Below are positions 30,406 through 41,282 of a stretch of DNA of 64,000 nt, one piece after another; position 1 is the first letter of the stretch, and every line of letters begins with the position of its first letter. The notes beneath the pieces are model-generated. The model had not been told where the DNA came from. It was given only the letters and a program-made list of their open reading frames with translations, and searched no databases. The stretch lies in contig JAKFBU010000056.1 in assembly GCA_036676985.1 (NCBI GenBank), positions 199,629 through 263,628 on the forward strand, in the 5' to 3' direction. Both the position numbers and the translations under genes were made by a program. Source of the stretch: Candidatus Sericytochromatia bacterium (GTDB lineage Bacteria; Cyanobacteriota; Sericytochromatia; S15B-MN24; UBA4093).

Positions 30406-31690
30406 TCCCCAGGAACCGAAGAAGCGCCCTTCTCCCAAGGTGTTCAACTGCACGAACTGCGGCGCGAGCATTCCCCTGCGCGCACTGGGTCACACGGTCA
30501 CGGTGGCCTGCGCGTCCTGCGGCTCGATCATCGACGTCACCAACGAGAACCTCCAGGTCATCAACACGGTCGAGCACCGGAAGCGGATCAAGCCCCTGAT
30601 ACCCCTCGGCCGGCGCGGCAAGCTGTTCGGCGACACCTGGGAAGTCATCGGCTTCATGGAGCGAAGCGACGGCTCGGGCGAGTACAAGTGGCAGGAATAC
30701 CTGCTCTTCAACCCCTACAAGGGTTTCCGGTGGCTGACGGTCGCCGATGGGCACTGGAACTTCGTCCGGACGACCAAGGAGCGGCCGCTGCGGCATGGCC
30801 AGAGCGCATGGTTCCGGGCCGGCACCTACAAGCTGTTCCACAAAGGCACCGGTAAGGTCACCTACGTGATCGGCGAGTTCTACTGGCGGGTCAAGGTGGA
30901 TGACGCCGTGGCCGTCGAGGACTATATCAATCCGCCCTACATCCTCTCGCTGGAGAGGGACGCCCAGGAGATCAACTGGTCAGCCGGCGAATACCTCGAG
31001 CCGGAGGTCGTCAAGTCGGCCTTCAAGCTCGACAAGGCGATGCCCGCCCGGTCCGGCATCGCACCCAACCAGCCGTCCGCCCTCGTCGCGCAGACGCCGG
31101 GCATCCTCAAGCTCGCCGGCTTCTTCATCCTGGTCGCGATCCTGATCCAGGCCGCCACGTTCGCCATCTCGCGCAACCAGGTCGTCTTCCAGGGTTCCGG
31201 AGTCTACGACCCGGCCGAGCGGGGGAAGACCCAGGTCACGCCCAGCTTCGACCTGGCCGGGGCCATGTCCAACGTGGGGATCCGGTTCAACTCGCCGGTG
31301 AACAACAACTGGCTCTCGCTGGAAGGCAGCCTCATCAACGAGGAGACCGGGGCCGAGTATGACTTCGACCAGGGAGTCGAGTTCTACTCGGGCCACGACA
31401 GCGACGGCTACTGGTCCGAGGGCGACCAGCGAAGCATGCGCGTCCTCTCGCTCGTGCCGGGCGGACGCTACCACGCGGTCTTCCAGGTCTCGGGACCGCC
31501 CGAGCTGCGGTCCCAGGAGTACAACCTCTCGATCAGACGGGGGGTCGTCACCTGGTCCAACTTCTGGTGGTCCCTCGTGCTGCTGGCCCTCTTCCCGGCC
31601 TTCGTCTGGTGGCGCAGCCACCAGTTCGAGGTGGCCCGCTGGTCGCAGAGCGACTTTTCACCCTATGTCAGCGATGACGACGATGAGTGA
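30395..31690 (+). CDS. DUF4178 domain membrane protein
   Basis: CTNCG/CASCG, WQEYLLFNP..GFRWL, GEFYW, GYWSEG; two TM helices; RW..SD tail. Confidence 0.85.
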   Translation: MAGDPQEPKKRPSPKVFNCTNCGASIPLRALGHTVTVACASCGSIIDVTNENLQVINTVEHRKRIKPLIPLGRRGKLFGDTWEVIGFMERSDGSGEYKWQEYLLFNPYKGFRWLTVADGHWNFVRTTKERPLRHGQSAWFRAGTYKLFHKGTGKVTYVIGEFYWRVKVDDAVAVEDYINPPYILSLERDAQEINWSAGEYLEPEVVKSAFKLDKAMPARSGIAPNQPSALVAQTPGILKLAGFFILVAILIQAATFAISRNQVVFQGSGVYDPAERGKTQVTPSFDLAGAMSNVGIRFNSPVNNNWLSLEGSLINEETGAEYDFDQGVEFYSGHDSDGYWSEGDQRSMRVLSLVPGGRYHAVFQVSGPPELRSQEYNLSIRRGVVTWSNFWWSLVLLALFPAFVWWRSHQFEVARWSQSDFSPYVSDDDDE

Positions 31691-31708
31691 CGACGGAGGG
31701 GACGCCGC

Positions 31709-31846
31709 GTGATACGCACCTACCTGATTTACGGCCTGGCGGTCTGCGGCCTCATGGGCTTCGCCAACTACGCGGGCTGGACCGTGGCCGATTCCGCCAC
31801 CACCGGGCGGTGGGGCCCCGCGGGCCACAACGTCTATCACAAGTAG
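31709..31846 (+). CDS. 45-aa membrane-anchored small protein ending in -YHK
   Basis: Below ORF-track cutoff. GGAGG SD and GTG start give MIRTYLIYGLAVCGLMGFANYAGWTVADSATTGRWGPAGHNVYHK, filling the gap in the operon. Confidence 0.75.
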   Translation: MIRTYLIYGLAVCGLMGFANYAGWTVADSATTGRWGPAGHNVYHK

Positions 31847-31879
31847 CGACGCTCCCTACTCTCGACTGCGGAGGGACAC

Positions 31880-32098
31880 ATGGATCAAGTACTCAACCTC
31901 AAATACGTGGTGGCCGCGCTCCTGTACTCGGCCATCGGGCTCATCATCTACGCGCTCGGCTTCTATTTCATGAACCTGGCCGCCAAGGGCCAGCTCTGGA
32001 AAGAGATCATCGACGAGCACAACACCTCGCTCGCCGTCGTGATGGGGGCGATCTCGCTCGGCATCGCGATCATCATCGCGTCGGCCATCCACGGCTAA
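31880..32098 (+). CDS. DUF350 domain small membrane protein
   Basis: LWKEII...N..LA......I.IIIASAIHG pattern. Confidence 0.88.
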   Translation: MDQVLNLKYVVAALLYSAIGLIIYALGFYFMNLAAKGQLWKEIIDEHNTSLAVVMGAISLGIAIIIASAIHG

Positions 32099-32113
32099 GA
32101 AACGGACCCCCGC

Positions 32114-33610
32114 GTGGCCATCGCCCTTTTGCTCTCGGTCTTCGTCATCTCCACCTGCGGGCTGATCTACGAGCTCATCGCCAGCACGCTCGCGAGCTAC
32201 CTGCTGGGCGACTCCGTCACGCAGTTCTCGACGGTCATCGGCGTCTACCTCTTCGCCATGGGCATCGGATCGTACCTGTCGCGGTTCGTCACCCGCAGCC
32301 TGGTATCCGTCTTCATCCAGGTCGAGCTGCTGGTGGGCGTGATCGGCGGGTGCTCGGCCGCCTTGATGTTCGGCCTCTTCGAGTACGTCGGCTCGTTCCG
32401 CGTCCTGCTCTACTCCCTGGTGTTCCTGACAGGCGCCCTGGTGGGGCTGGAGATCCCGCTCCTCATGCGGATCCTCAAGAGCCACTACGACTTCAAGGAC
32501 CTCGTCTCCCAGATCTTCACCTTCGACTACATCGGCGCCCTGCTGGCCTCGCTGCTCTTCCCGCTGATCCTGGTGCCCCACCTGGGTCTCATCCGCTCGG
32601 CCATGATGTTCGGCATCCTCAACGTGCTGGTGGCCATCTGGACGCTGCACCTCTTCCGGGAGGAGGTGCCCTGGATCAAGCTGATGCGCGGCTCGGCCAT
32701 CACGATCCTGGCCGGGCTCATCCTGGGCTTCGTCTTCGCGGATCAGATGATGGACATGGCGGAGGCCGCGACCTATCCCGACAAGGTCATCTACGCCAAG
32801 TCCACGCCCTACCAGCGAATGGTCCTGACCAAGGCGCCCCAGGACATGCGGCTCTTCCTGAACGGCAACCTGCAGTTCAGCTCCCGGGACGAGTACCGCT
32901 ACCACGAAGCCCTGGTGCACGTTGGCCTGCAGGCCGTGCGATCGCCGGAGCGCGTCTTGATCCTCGGAGGCGGCGACGGCATGGCGGCGCGGGAAGTCCT
33001 CAAGCACGACGCGGTCCGCTCCGTCACGCTGGTGGACCTCGACCGCTCCATGACAAGCCTGTTCTCGTCCAACCAGACCCTGAGCGACCTCAACGACGGG
33101 GCCCTGACGTCGCCCCGGGTGCGGGTCCTCAACACCGACGCCTTCCTGTGGCTCAAGAACAACCGCGATCGCTTCGACTTCATCGTGGTGGACTTCCCCG
33201 ATCCCTCCAACTTCTCCATCGGGAAGCTCTACTCGACCACCTTCTACCGCCTGCTCTACCGCGCCCTGCAGGACGACGGCGCCGCCGTGGTCCAGAGCAC
33301 GTCCCCGTACGTGGCCCGCAAGTCCTTCTGGTGCATCGACCGGACCCTCCAGGCCGTTGGCTTTGCGACCACGCCCTACCACGCCTACGTGCCATCCTTC
33401 GGGGAGTGGGGGTACGTGCTCGCCTCCAAGGGGCCGTTCGCGCCGGCGGACCACTACCTGCCCGGACTGAAGTTCGTGACCCGCGAGACGGTCGACCAGA
33501 TGCTGCAGTTCCCGCCGGACATGGGCCGGGTCCCGGGCGAGGTCAACAAGCTGAACAACCAGGTGCTGGTCCGCTATTTCGAGGAGGAGTGGTCTGCGTA
33601 CATCCACTGA
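32114..33610 (+). CDS. speE: Membrane-bound polyamine aminopropyltransferase (spermidine synthase-like)
   Basis: About seven N-terminal TM helices (CGLIYEL), LFLNGNLQF, DEYRYHE, ILGGGDG, DFPDP, VPSFGEWG. Confidence 0.9.
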   Translation: MAIALLLSVFVISTCGLIYELIASTLASYLLGDSVTQFSTVIGVYLFAMGIGSYLSRFVTRSLVSVFIQVELLVGVIGGCSAALMFGLFEYVGSFRVLLYSLVFLTGALVGLEIPLLMRILKSHYDFKDLVSQIFTFDYIGALLASLLFPLILVPHLGLIRSAMMFGILNVLVAIWTLHLFREEVPWIKLMRGSAITILAGLILGFVFADQMMDMAEAATYPDKVIYAKSTPYQRMVLTKAPQDMRLFLNGNLQFSSRDEYRYHEALVHVGLQAVRSPERVLILGGGDGMAAREVLKHDAVRSVTLVDLDRSMTSLFSSNQTLSDLNDGALTSPRVRVLNTDAFLWLKNNRDRFDFIVVDFPDPSNFSIGKLYSTTFYRLLYRALQDDGAAVVQSTSPYVARKSFWCIDRTLQAVGFATTPYHAYVPSFGEWGYVLASKGPFAPADHYLPGLKFVTRETVDQMLQFPPDMGRVPGEVNKLNNQVLVRYFEEEWSAYIH

Positions 33611-35255
33611 TCCCTCGGGGCGGCGCCTCTCCCGGCGGGCCTTTCTCGCTGCGGGGCTCGCAGCGGTCGGGGCCTGGTTTGCCCTCCCCCGCTTCGGCTT
33701 CTTGCAACCCCGTCCGATCCCGGGCAGCGTGGTCGGCGCCTCCCATCGCGTGGGGCATCGGCTGAGGGGCGCCGGCTTTCCGGCCCCCCAGGAGACGCGC
33801 CGGGTCGGCGTCGCCATCGTCGGCGGCGGGATCGCGGGGCTTTCGGCCGCCTGGCGATTGCAGAAGCGTGGGTACGAGGACTTCGCCCTGCTGGAGCTCG
33901 AGGCCGAGGTGGGCGGCAACTCCCGCAGCGGCGAGAACCGGATCTCGCCCTATCCCTGGGGCGCCCACTACGTGCCCATCCCGTCGAACGAGAGCACGCT
34001 CGTCCGCGAGCTCTTCGAGGAGCTCGGGGTGATCGAGGGCTACGATGCCGGCGGCCTCCCTATTTACAACGAGCAGTACCTGGTCTCGGACCCCCAAGAG
34101 CGGCTCTTGATCCATGGGCACTGGCAAGAGGGAGTGGTGCCGCAGCTCGGGATCTCGGAACAGGACCGGGCGCAGTACCAGAGCTTCTTCGCCAGGATGG
34201 ATCAGTTCAAGAACGCAAGGGGCTCGGACGGCAAGCCGGCCTTCGCCATCCCCCTCGAGGCGAGCTCGCAGGACCCGCGCTACCTCGCCCTGGACGGCAA
34301 GACCATGGCGCAGTTCATGGACGAGAACGGTTGGACCTCGGAGCCGCTCCGCTGGTACGTGAACTACGCCTGCCGGGACGACTTCGGCTGCCGACTCGAC
34401 GAGGTCTCGGCCTGGGCGGGCATTCACTACTTCGCCTCTCGTACCGGCATGGGGGCAAATACGGGGCACCAGGCCGTGCTGACGTGGCCCGAAGGCAACG
34501 GCTGGCTCGTGCGACAGCTCCGGTCCAAGGTCCAGGCCAAGCTCCGGCCGCAGGCGCTGGTCTTTCGGGTGGAAGAGCGCCCGGAAGGCTCGTTGGAGGT
34601 CGATTACGTCGAGGTGGCCACCAACCGTGCCGTCCGTCTCGTGGCGGACCGCGTCATTTTCGCCGCCCCGCGGTTCGTGGCGGGGCGCGTCCTGCCGGAC
34701 CTCGCCTCCAAGCCGCCCGCTTACTTGCATGCCTTCGGCTACGCCCCCTGGATGGTGGCCAACATTACCGTGCAACACCCTCCCGCGGGCTCGGGAGCCC
34801 CGCTCTCCTGGGACAACGTCTCCTATCTGAGCCCTTCGCTCGGCTACGTGGTGGCGACCCACCAGCGGCTCGCCCAGTACCCGCAGGCCGAGACGGTGCT
34901 GACCTACTACCTGCCCTTGAGCGAGACCGATCCCGCGACGGCGCGCCGCATGGCCATCGCCCGCTCGCATGGAGAATGGTGCGACCAGATCGTCGCCGAC
35001 CTGTCCCGCATGCATCCGGGGATCCGCAACGCCATCACGAACCTCGACGTCTGCATCTGGGGGCACGCCATGATCCGGCCCGTGCCGGGCTTCATCTGGG
35101 GCCGCGATCGCCAGGCCGCCCTCCAGCCGCACGGCCGCATCCACTTCGCCCACTCCGACATGAGCGGCATCTCCCTGTTCGAGGAGGCCCAGTACCGCGG
35201 CGTCATGGCGGCCGACCAGACGCTGGCGGCCCTTGCGACACCGCGCCAGGCCTGA
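33594..35255 (+). CDS. Tat-exported FAD-dependent (amine) oxidoreductase
   Basis: GGGIAGLSAA dinucleotide fold, WGAHY, SAWAGIHYFASR, WPEGN, WGHAM, FEEA. The in-frame upstream extension SRRAFLAAGLAAVGAWF is a Tat signal. Start proposed at CTG 33594; first canonical start is TTG 33702. Confidence 0.85.
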   Translation: MRTSTDPSGRRLSRRAFLAAGLAAVGAWFALPRFGFLQPRPIPGSVVGASHRVGHRLRGAGFPAPQETRRVGVAIVGGGIAGLSAAWRLQKRGYEDFALLELEAEVGGNSRSGENRISPYPWGAHYVPIPSNESTLVRELFEELGVIEGYDAGGLPIYNEQYLVSDPQERLLIHGHWQEGVVPQLGISEQDRAQYQSFFARMDQFKNARGSDGKPAFAIPLEASSQDPRYLALDGKTMAQFMDENGWTSEPLRWYVNYACRDDFGCRLDEVSAWAGIHYFASRTGMGANTGHQAVLTWPEGNGWLVRQLRSKVQAKLRPQALVFRVEERPEGSLEVDYVEVATNRAVRLVADRVIFAAPRFVAGRVLPDLASKPPAYLHAFGYAPWMVANITVQHPPAGSGAPLSWDNVSYLSPSLGYVVATHQRLAQYPQAETVLTYYLPLSETDPATARRMAIARSHGEWCDQIVADLSRMHPGIRNAITNLDVCIWGHAMIRPVPGFIWGRDRQAALQPHGRIHFAHSDMSGISLFEEAQYRGVMAADQTLAALATPRQA

Positions 35256-35341
35256 GGCAATCGCTGGCCGACGATCCCGGACGACGCCAGCAGACCGCTC
35301 TGCTTCAACATATATTTCCCTAACCTTAACCATCCGCTAAC

Positions 35342-35368
35342 CAAGTTATGGTTTTAACCGGCGGATAA
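35342..35368 (+). promoter_or_regulatory. Putative sigma-28-type promoter
   Basis: CAAG-N15-GCGGATAA, 28 nt upstream of the PLD start. Confidence 0.5.
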
Positions 35369-35396
35369 CCCTCATGTCCCTCACCCCAAGGAGCAC

Positions 35397-36674
35397 ATGA
35401 TGGCTGTCCAGGCGACCGGTCCCCGTCCCACGAACCTGAAAACCGTTGCCTTCTGGCCGGCAGAGAAGGGGACGAGTACGACGCCGCCTCGTCCGACGAT
35501 GGGCCTCGACTCCATCCTCCGCACGCAGCCCGCAAGCAACGTGGCCAAGGCCGTCTCGCCCTACGTGTCGACCCCCTTTCGACCGGGCAACGACATCGAT
35601 CTCTTCGTGGACGGCAAGGAGGCCTACCCGCAGCTCCACGCGCTGATCGACTCGGCCAGGACGCGCATCGACATGGAATTCTTCGCCTTCCACGACGATC
35701 CGAGCGGACGCGCCGTCGCCGAGAAGCTGATGAAGAAGGCGCGCCAGGGCGTGGAGGTCAACGTCCTGGTCGATACGCTGTCGCAGTTCGGCTCGGACAT
35801 GATGCGGGACCTCGAGAAGGCGGGCGTGCGGGTCCAGCGCTTCACCGACGGCCACAAGCTGCCCCTCTTGCACGCCAACACCATCACCGACCATCGGAAG
35901 ATCTTGCTCGTCGACGGCAAGGCCGGCATGACCGGCGGCATGAACCTCGGCGAGCGCTACGAGAAGTACTGGCACGACTTCATGGTCAAGGTGGAGGGGC
36001 CCACCCTGAAGGACCTCTACGACAAGTTCGAAGGGAACTGGAAGCTCTCGGGCGGCGAGGCCCTGCGCCGCGTTCCCCTCGACCTCACGACCAAGGGCAC
36101 CAATAGCCTGCAGGTGGCCGTCACCTCCAGCTCCGAGCGCGAGATCCGCGACAGCTACCTCGCGGCGTTCAAGGCCGCCAAGGACCGCATCTACATCAAC
36201 AGCCCGTATTTCATCGACAGCGAGATGATCGCGGGCCTCAAGGCGGCGGCCAAGCGCGGGGTCAAGGTCCACGTGATCGTTCCCTCGGTGGGCGACAACC
36301 CGGCCATCGACCTCATGAACCGCTCGGTCGTCAACGAGCTGCTCGCGGCCAAGGTGAAGGTCTACGAGTACGACACGCTGAACTTGCAGGTGGGCCAGCA
36401 CGACCACGAGACGGACCACTTCAACCACGGCAAGGTGGCCGTCATCGACGGCCAGTTCACCATCATCGGGACGGCCAACATGGACCGCCGCTCCATGGCC
36501 CTCAGCCAGGAGATCAACCTGCACGTCGACTCCGCGGACTTCGCGCGAGACGTCGAGGAACGGATCTTCACCAAGGACCTGATGACCCGGGCGAGGCCCG
36601 CGCAGGCCGTCCCCTTCAAGGGCTTCGAGAAGGCCGCCGAGAAGGTTCTCAACTCGCTGCGCCCCCTCTTCTAG
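35397..36674 (+). CDS. Phospholipase D family protein (cardiolipin synthase-like, no TM anchor)
   Basis: Two HKD motifs: DHRKILLVDG..GGMN and NHGKVAVIDG..GTAN; AAGGAG SD. Confidence 0.9.
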   Translation: MMAVQATGPRPTNLKTVAFWPAEKGTSTTPPRPTMGLDSILRTQPASNVAKAVSPYVSTPFRPGNDIDLFVDGKEAYPQLHALIDSARTRIDMEFFAFHDDPSGRAVAEKLMKKARQGVEVNVLVDTLSQFGSDMMRDLEKAGVRVQRFTDGHKLPLLHANTITDHRKILLVDGKAGMTGGMNLGERYEKYWHDFMVKVEGPTLKDLYDKFEGNWKLSGGEALRRVPLDLTTKGTNSLQVAVTSSSEREIRDSYLAAFKAAKDRIYINSPYFIDSEMIAGLKAAAKRGVKVHVIVPSVGDNPAIDLMNRSVVNELLAAKVKVYEYDTLNLQVGQHDHETDHFNHGKVAVIDGQFTIIGTANMDRRSMALSQEINLHVDSADFARDVEERIFTKDLMTRARPAQAVPFKGFEKAAEKVLNSLRPLF

Positions 36675-36722
36675 CCTCCCGCGGCGTGGTAGGATCTCCG
36701 ATCACGCTAGAAAGGGAGCCCC

Positions 36723-37679
36723 ATGAACGCCGGATCCATGGACTACGCCGCCCGGGTGCGCGCGGGCGATCGCCGCGCCGCCGCCCGCCTCATCTCCCTC
36801 ATCGAGAACCAGTCCCCCGAAGCGGCCGACGCCCTCGCCGAACTCTATCCCGACACGGGCAAGGCCTATCTCGTGGGCATCACGGGGCCACCCGGCGCGG
36901 GCAAGAGCTCGCTGGTCGACCATTTGGTCTCGGCCATCCGCCGGGACGGCATGACCGTGGGCGTGATCGCGGTGGACCCGGCGAGCCCCTTCACGGGCGG
37001 CGCCATCCTGGGCGATCGCATCCGCATGAAGAGCCACGCGGGCGATCCCGGGGTCTTCATCCGCAGCATGAGCAGCCGCGGCCAGCTGGGCGGCATTGCC
37101 CTGGCCACCAAGGCCGCGACCGAGGTCCTGGACGCCTACGGGTGCCAGGTCGTCCTGGTGGAGACGGTCGGCGTGGGCCAGTCGGAGGTGGCGATCGCCC
37201 GGGCCACCGACAGCACGATCCTGGTGCTGCCGCCCAACCTCGGTGACGGCATCCAGGCCATCAAGGCGGGCATCATGGAGGTGCCGGACCTCTTCGTCGT
37301 GAACAAGGCGGACCTCGCGGGCGCCAACCGGGCCGCCGCCGAGATCCTGGGCATGCTGGAGCTCGAGGAGCATGAGGCCTGGGCCCCTCCGGTGGTGCTG
37401 ACCAAGAGCCTCCTGGAGCTGGACGAGAGCGGCGTCTTGGAGCTGTGGGAGCACCTCAAGGTGCACCGAGACTTCCTGAACCGGACGGGCACCATCGCCG
37501 AGAAGCGCGCGTACCAGGCCCGCGAGGAAGTGAGCTCGCTCGCGACCGATCTGCTGCAGCGGGCCCTGAAGCGCGCCATGGATCGGCCGGACGTCCAGGC
37601 GCTCCTGGCAGAGGTCCAAGGCCGGCGGGTGCCTCCTCGGCAGGCGGCAGAGCACTTGCTCGGGCTGCTCACCCCCTGA
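36723..37679 (+). CDS. meaB: MeaB/ArgK GTPase chaperone of B12-dependent mutases
   Basis: [50 protein letters not shown]. Confidence 0.95.
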   Translation: MNAGSMDYAARVRAGDRRAAARLISLIENQSPEAADALAELYPDTGKAYLVGITGPPGAGKSSLVDHLVSAIRRDGMTVGVIAVDPASPFTGGAILGDRIRMKSHAGDPGVFIRSMSSRGQLGGIALATKAATEVLDAYGCQVVLVETVGVGQSEVAIARATDSTILVLPPNLGDGIQAIKAGIMEVPDLFVVNKADLAGANRAAAEILGMLELEEHEAWAPPVVLTKSLLELDESGVLELWEHLKVHRDFLNRTGTIAEKRAYQAREEVSSLATDLLQRALKRAMDRPDVQALLAEVQGRRVPPRQAAEHLLGLLTP

Positions 37680-37800
37680 CCGGGCCGCCACGGCCGCCGA
37701 GGGCGCAAGCTGGCCTGGAGCGGCGTCTTGCGGTAAAATAAGACGATCCACGACCCCCGATCACCGGCGATCGCGCAGATTTCCGACGATGGAGATACAC

Positions 37801-40800
37801 ATGGAAGCCACAGCTCCCCGCACGGCCCCCGTCACCTCGCCGTATCAGGCTCAGCACAAGGTCCGCTTCGTCACGGCCGCGTCGCTCTTCGACGGCCACG
37901 ACGCCTCGATCAACATCATGCGGCGCATCCTGCAGGACACGGGTGCCGAGGTCATCCACCTGGGGCACAACCGCTCGGTCGCCGAGATCGTCGAGACCGC
38001 CATCCAGGAGGACGCGCAGGGCATCGCCATCAGCTCCTACCAGGGCGGCCACGTCGAGTACTTCAAGTACATGATCGACCTGCTGCGCGAGCGGGGCGCC
38101 GGCCACATCAAGGTCTTCGGCGGCGGCGGCGGCGTCATCGTCCCCTCCGAGATCGCCGAGCTCGAGGCCTACGGCGTCGCCAAGATCTTCAGCCCCGAAG
38201 ACGGCCGCCGCTTGGGCCTGCAGGGCATGATCGACCAGATGATCGCCGCTTGCGACGTGGACCTCTCCGCCGAGATCCCGGCCAACCCCCTCGACGTCAA
38301 GGTCGGCGACGTCAACACGCTCGCGCGCCTCATCACCATGACCGAGGCCGAGGAGCGCCAGGAGCAGGACTTCCGTTACCGCGACCTCTTGCACAAGCTC
38401 GCCGACAAGGGCGCCCAGCGCGACGTGCCGGTCCTCGGCATCACGGGCACGGGCGGCGCCGGCAAGTCGAGCCTCGTCGACGAGCTCATTCGCCGCTTCC
38501 TGCGCGACTTCGCCGACAAGAGCGTGGCCATCCTCTCGGTGGATCCCTCCAAGCGCAAGACGGGCGGCGCCCTGTTGGGCGATCGCATCCGCATGAACGC
38601 CATCTACGACCCGCGCGTCTACATGCGCTCGCTGGCGACCCGTGCCTCCAACGTGGCCACCAGCAAGGCCCTCATCCAGGCCATCGGCGTCGCCAAGGCC
38701 GCGGGATACGATCTCGTCATCGTCGAGACCGCGGGCATCGGCCAGTCGGACTCCGAGATCGTGGACCTGGTGGATGCCTCCATGTACGTCATGACCTCCG
38801 AGTTCGGTGCCCAGAGCCAGCTCGAGAAGATCGACATGCTCGACTACGCGGATCTGGTCGTCATCAACAAGTTCGACAAGCGTGGCGCCGAAGACGCCCT
38901 GCGCGACGTCCGCAAGCAGTACCAGCGCGGCCACAAGCTCTTCAACGAGCCGACCGAGAACATGCCCGTGTTCGGCACCATCGCGAGCCAGTTCAACGAC
39001 GCCGGCACCAACTGGCTCTACGTCAACCTGGTCGAGGTCCTCAACCAGAAGGCCGGCCAGAGCTGGTCGTCGAGCCTCCAGGTCGCGGAGCGCGAGAGCC
39101 GCAAGCAGGCCATCATCCCGCCCGAGCGCAACCGTTACCTGGCCGAGATCTCGGACGCGGTGCAGGGCCACAAGAAGCGCGCCGACCACGTGGCCGCCCG
39201 GGCTCGCGACGCGTATGCCTATTACCACTCGCTCAAGGCCCTCGGCGACGCCGTGCCCGGCATGGCCCAGCTCTACGACCAGGCCCAGCTCCTTGACGAG
39301 TCGGCCGATCCCGCCGTGCGCCTGCTGCGCCAGCGCTACCAGGAGGCCCTCCTGGACCTGGACCAGCCGAGCCTCAAGCTGCTGCAGAACTGGCCGACGC
39401 TGGTGGCGGGCTACACGGCCCCCGTCCACTCCTACACCGTGCGCGGCAAGGAGATCCGGGTCGAGAACTACACCGAGAGCCTCTCGCACCTCATGATCCC
39501 CAAGGTCAGCCTGCCCAAGTTCCACGACTGGGGCGACCTGCTCTTCTGGCAGCTCATGGAGAACGTGCCGGGCCGCTATCCCTTCACCGCGGGCGTCTTC
39601 GAGTACAAGCGCAAGGGCGAGGACCCGACGCGCATGTTCGCGGGCGAGGGCACGCCCGAGCGCACCAACAAGCGCTTCCACTACGTCTCCAAGGGTCAGC
39701 CCGCCGCGCGCCTGTCCACGGCCTTCGACTCCGTGACGCTCTACGGCGAGGACCCCGATTTCCGGCCCGACATCTACGGCAAGATCGGCAACTCGGGCGT
39801 GTCGGTCTGCACCCTCGACGACGCCAAGAAGCTCTACTCGGGCTTCGACCTCTGCGCGCCGACCACCTCGGTCTCCATGACCATCAACGGCCCGGCGCCC
39901 ATGATCCTGGCCTTCTTCCTCAACACCGCCATCGACCAGCAGGTCGAGAAGCACCTCATGGAGACGGGCGGCTGGGAAGCGGCCGAGGCCAAGCTCGACG
40001 CGCACTTCGCGGGCCTCGGCCTGCCTCGGCCCGAGTACCGCGGCCAGGACGTGCCCGCGGGCGATCGCCTCGTCGGCCTCCGGATGCTCGGCGTCACGGG
40101 CGACATGCTGGTCGACGCCGAGACCTACGAGCAGATCAAGGCCAAGACGCTCTCGAGCGTGCGCGGCACGGTCCAGGCCGACATCCTCAAGGAGGACCAG
40201 GCCCAGAACACCTGCATCTTCTCGACCGAGTTCGCCCTGCGCATGATGGGCGACATCCAGCAGTACTTCGTGGAGCACTGCGTCCAGAACTTCTACTCGG
40301 TGTCCATCTCGGGCTACCACATCGCCGAGGCGGGCGCGAACCCCATCAGCCAGCTGGCCTTCACGCTCGCCAACGGCTTCACCTTCGTCGAGTACTACCT
40401 CAGCCGGGGCATGGCCATCGACGACTTCGCCCCCAACCTGAGCTTCTTCTTCTCCAACGGCATCGACCCCGAGTACTCGGTGATCGGGCGCGTCGCCCGC
40501 CGCATCTGGTCGACGGCCATGAAGGACAAGTACGGCGCCAACGAGCGCAGCCAGAAGCTCAAGTACCACATCCAGACCTCGGGCCGCAGCCTGCATGCCC
40601 AGGAGATCGACTTCAACGACATCCGCACCACCCTGCAGGCCCTCTACGCCATCTACGACAACTGCAACAGCCTGCACACCAACGCCTACGACGAGGCCAT
40701 CACCACTCCCACCGAGGAGTCGGTGCGCCGGGCGATCGCCATCCAGCAGATCATCAACCGGGAGCTGGGCCTCGCCAAGAACGAGAACCCCCTGCAGGGC

Positions 40801-41262
40801 GCCTTCATCATCGAAGAGCTCACGGATCTGGTCGAAGAGGCCGTGCTCGCCGAGTTCCGGCGCCTGTCGGACCGCGGCGGCGTGCTGGGCGCCATGGAGA
40901 CCATGTACCAGCGCGGCAAGATCCAGGAGGAGTCGCTCTACTACGAGCACCTCAAGCACTCCGGCGAGCTGCCCATCATCGGCGTCAACACCTTCCTCAA
41001 CCCGCACCCCAAGGAGTACGGCGACGCCATCGAGCTCATCCGCTCGACCGAAGAGGAGAAGCAGCAGCAGATCGCGAACCTGCAGGCCTTCCACCACCGC
41101 AACGCCGAGCGGGCCGAGGCGGCTCTCCGGCGGCTGCAGGAGGTCTCGACCAACCGCGGCAACGTCTTCGCCGAGCTCATGGAGACGGTGAAGGTCTGCT
41201 CGCTGGGCCAGATCAGCCGCGCCCTCTACCAGGTCGGAGGTCAGTACCGGCGGTCCATGTAG
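37801..41262 (+). CDS. icmF: Fused isobutyryl-CoA mutase / GTPase
   Basis: N-terminal B12 domain ([16 protein letters not shown]), MeaI GTPase (GTGGAGKSS), mutase barrel ([11 protein letters not shown]), C-terminal GGQYRRSM. Confidence 0.96.
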   Translation: MEATAPRTAPVTSPYQAQHKVRFVTAASLFDGHDASINIMRRILQDTGAEVIHLGHNRSVAEIVETAIQEDAQGIAISSYQGGHVEYFKYMIDLLRERGAGHIKVFGGGGGVIVPSEIAELEAYGVAKIFSPEDGRRLGLQGMIDQMIAACDVDLSAEIPANPLDVKVGDVNTLARLITMTEAEERQEQDFRYRDLLHKLADKGAQRDVPVLGITGTGGAGKSSLVDELIRRFLRDFADKSVAILSVDPSKRKTGGALLGDRIRMNAIYDPRVYMRSLATRASNVATSKALIQAIGVAKAAGYDLVIVETAGIGQSDSEIVDLVDASMYVMTSEFGAQSQLEKIDMLDYADLVVINKFDKRGAEDALRDVRKQYQRGHKLFNEPTENMPVFGTIASQFNDAGTNWLYVNLVEVLNQKAGQSWSSSLQVAERESRKQAIIPPERNRYLAEISDAVQGHKKRADHVAARARDAYAYYHSLKALGDAVPGMAQLYDQAQLLDESADPAVRLLRQRYQEALLDLDQPSLKLLQNWPTLVAGYTAPVHSYTVRGKEIRVENYTESLSHLMIPKVSLPKFHDWGDLLFWQLMENVPGRYPFTAGVFEYKRKGEDPTRMFAGEGTPERTNKRFHYVSKGQPAARLSTAFDSVTLYGEDPDFRPDIYGKIGNSGVSVCTLDDAKKLYSGFDLCAPTTSVSMTINGPAPMILAFFLNTAIDQQVEKHLMETGGWEAAEAKLDAHFAGLGLPRPEYRGQDVPAGDRLVGLRMLGVTGDMLVDAETYEQIKAKTLSSVRGTVQADILKEDQAQNTCIFSTEFALRMMGDIQQYFVEHCVQNFYSVSISGYHIAEAGANPISQLAFTLANGFTFVEYYLSRGMAIDDFAPNLSFFFSNGIDPEYSVIGRVARRIWSTAMKDKYGANERSQKLKYHIQTSGRSLHAQEIDFNDIRTTLQALYAIYDNCNSLHTNAYDEAITTPTEESVRRAIAIQQIINRELGLAKNENPLQGAFIIEELTDLVEEAVLAEFRRLSDRGGVLGAMETMYQRGKIQEESLYYEHLKHSGELPIIGVNTFLNPHPKEYGDAIELIRSTEEEKQQQIANLQAFHHRNAERAEAALRRLQEVSTNRGNVFAELMETVKVCSLGQISRALYQVGGQYRRSM

Positions 41263-41282
41263 CCGCCGGTCACGGCCGGCGA

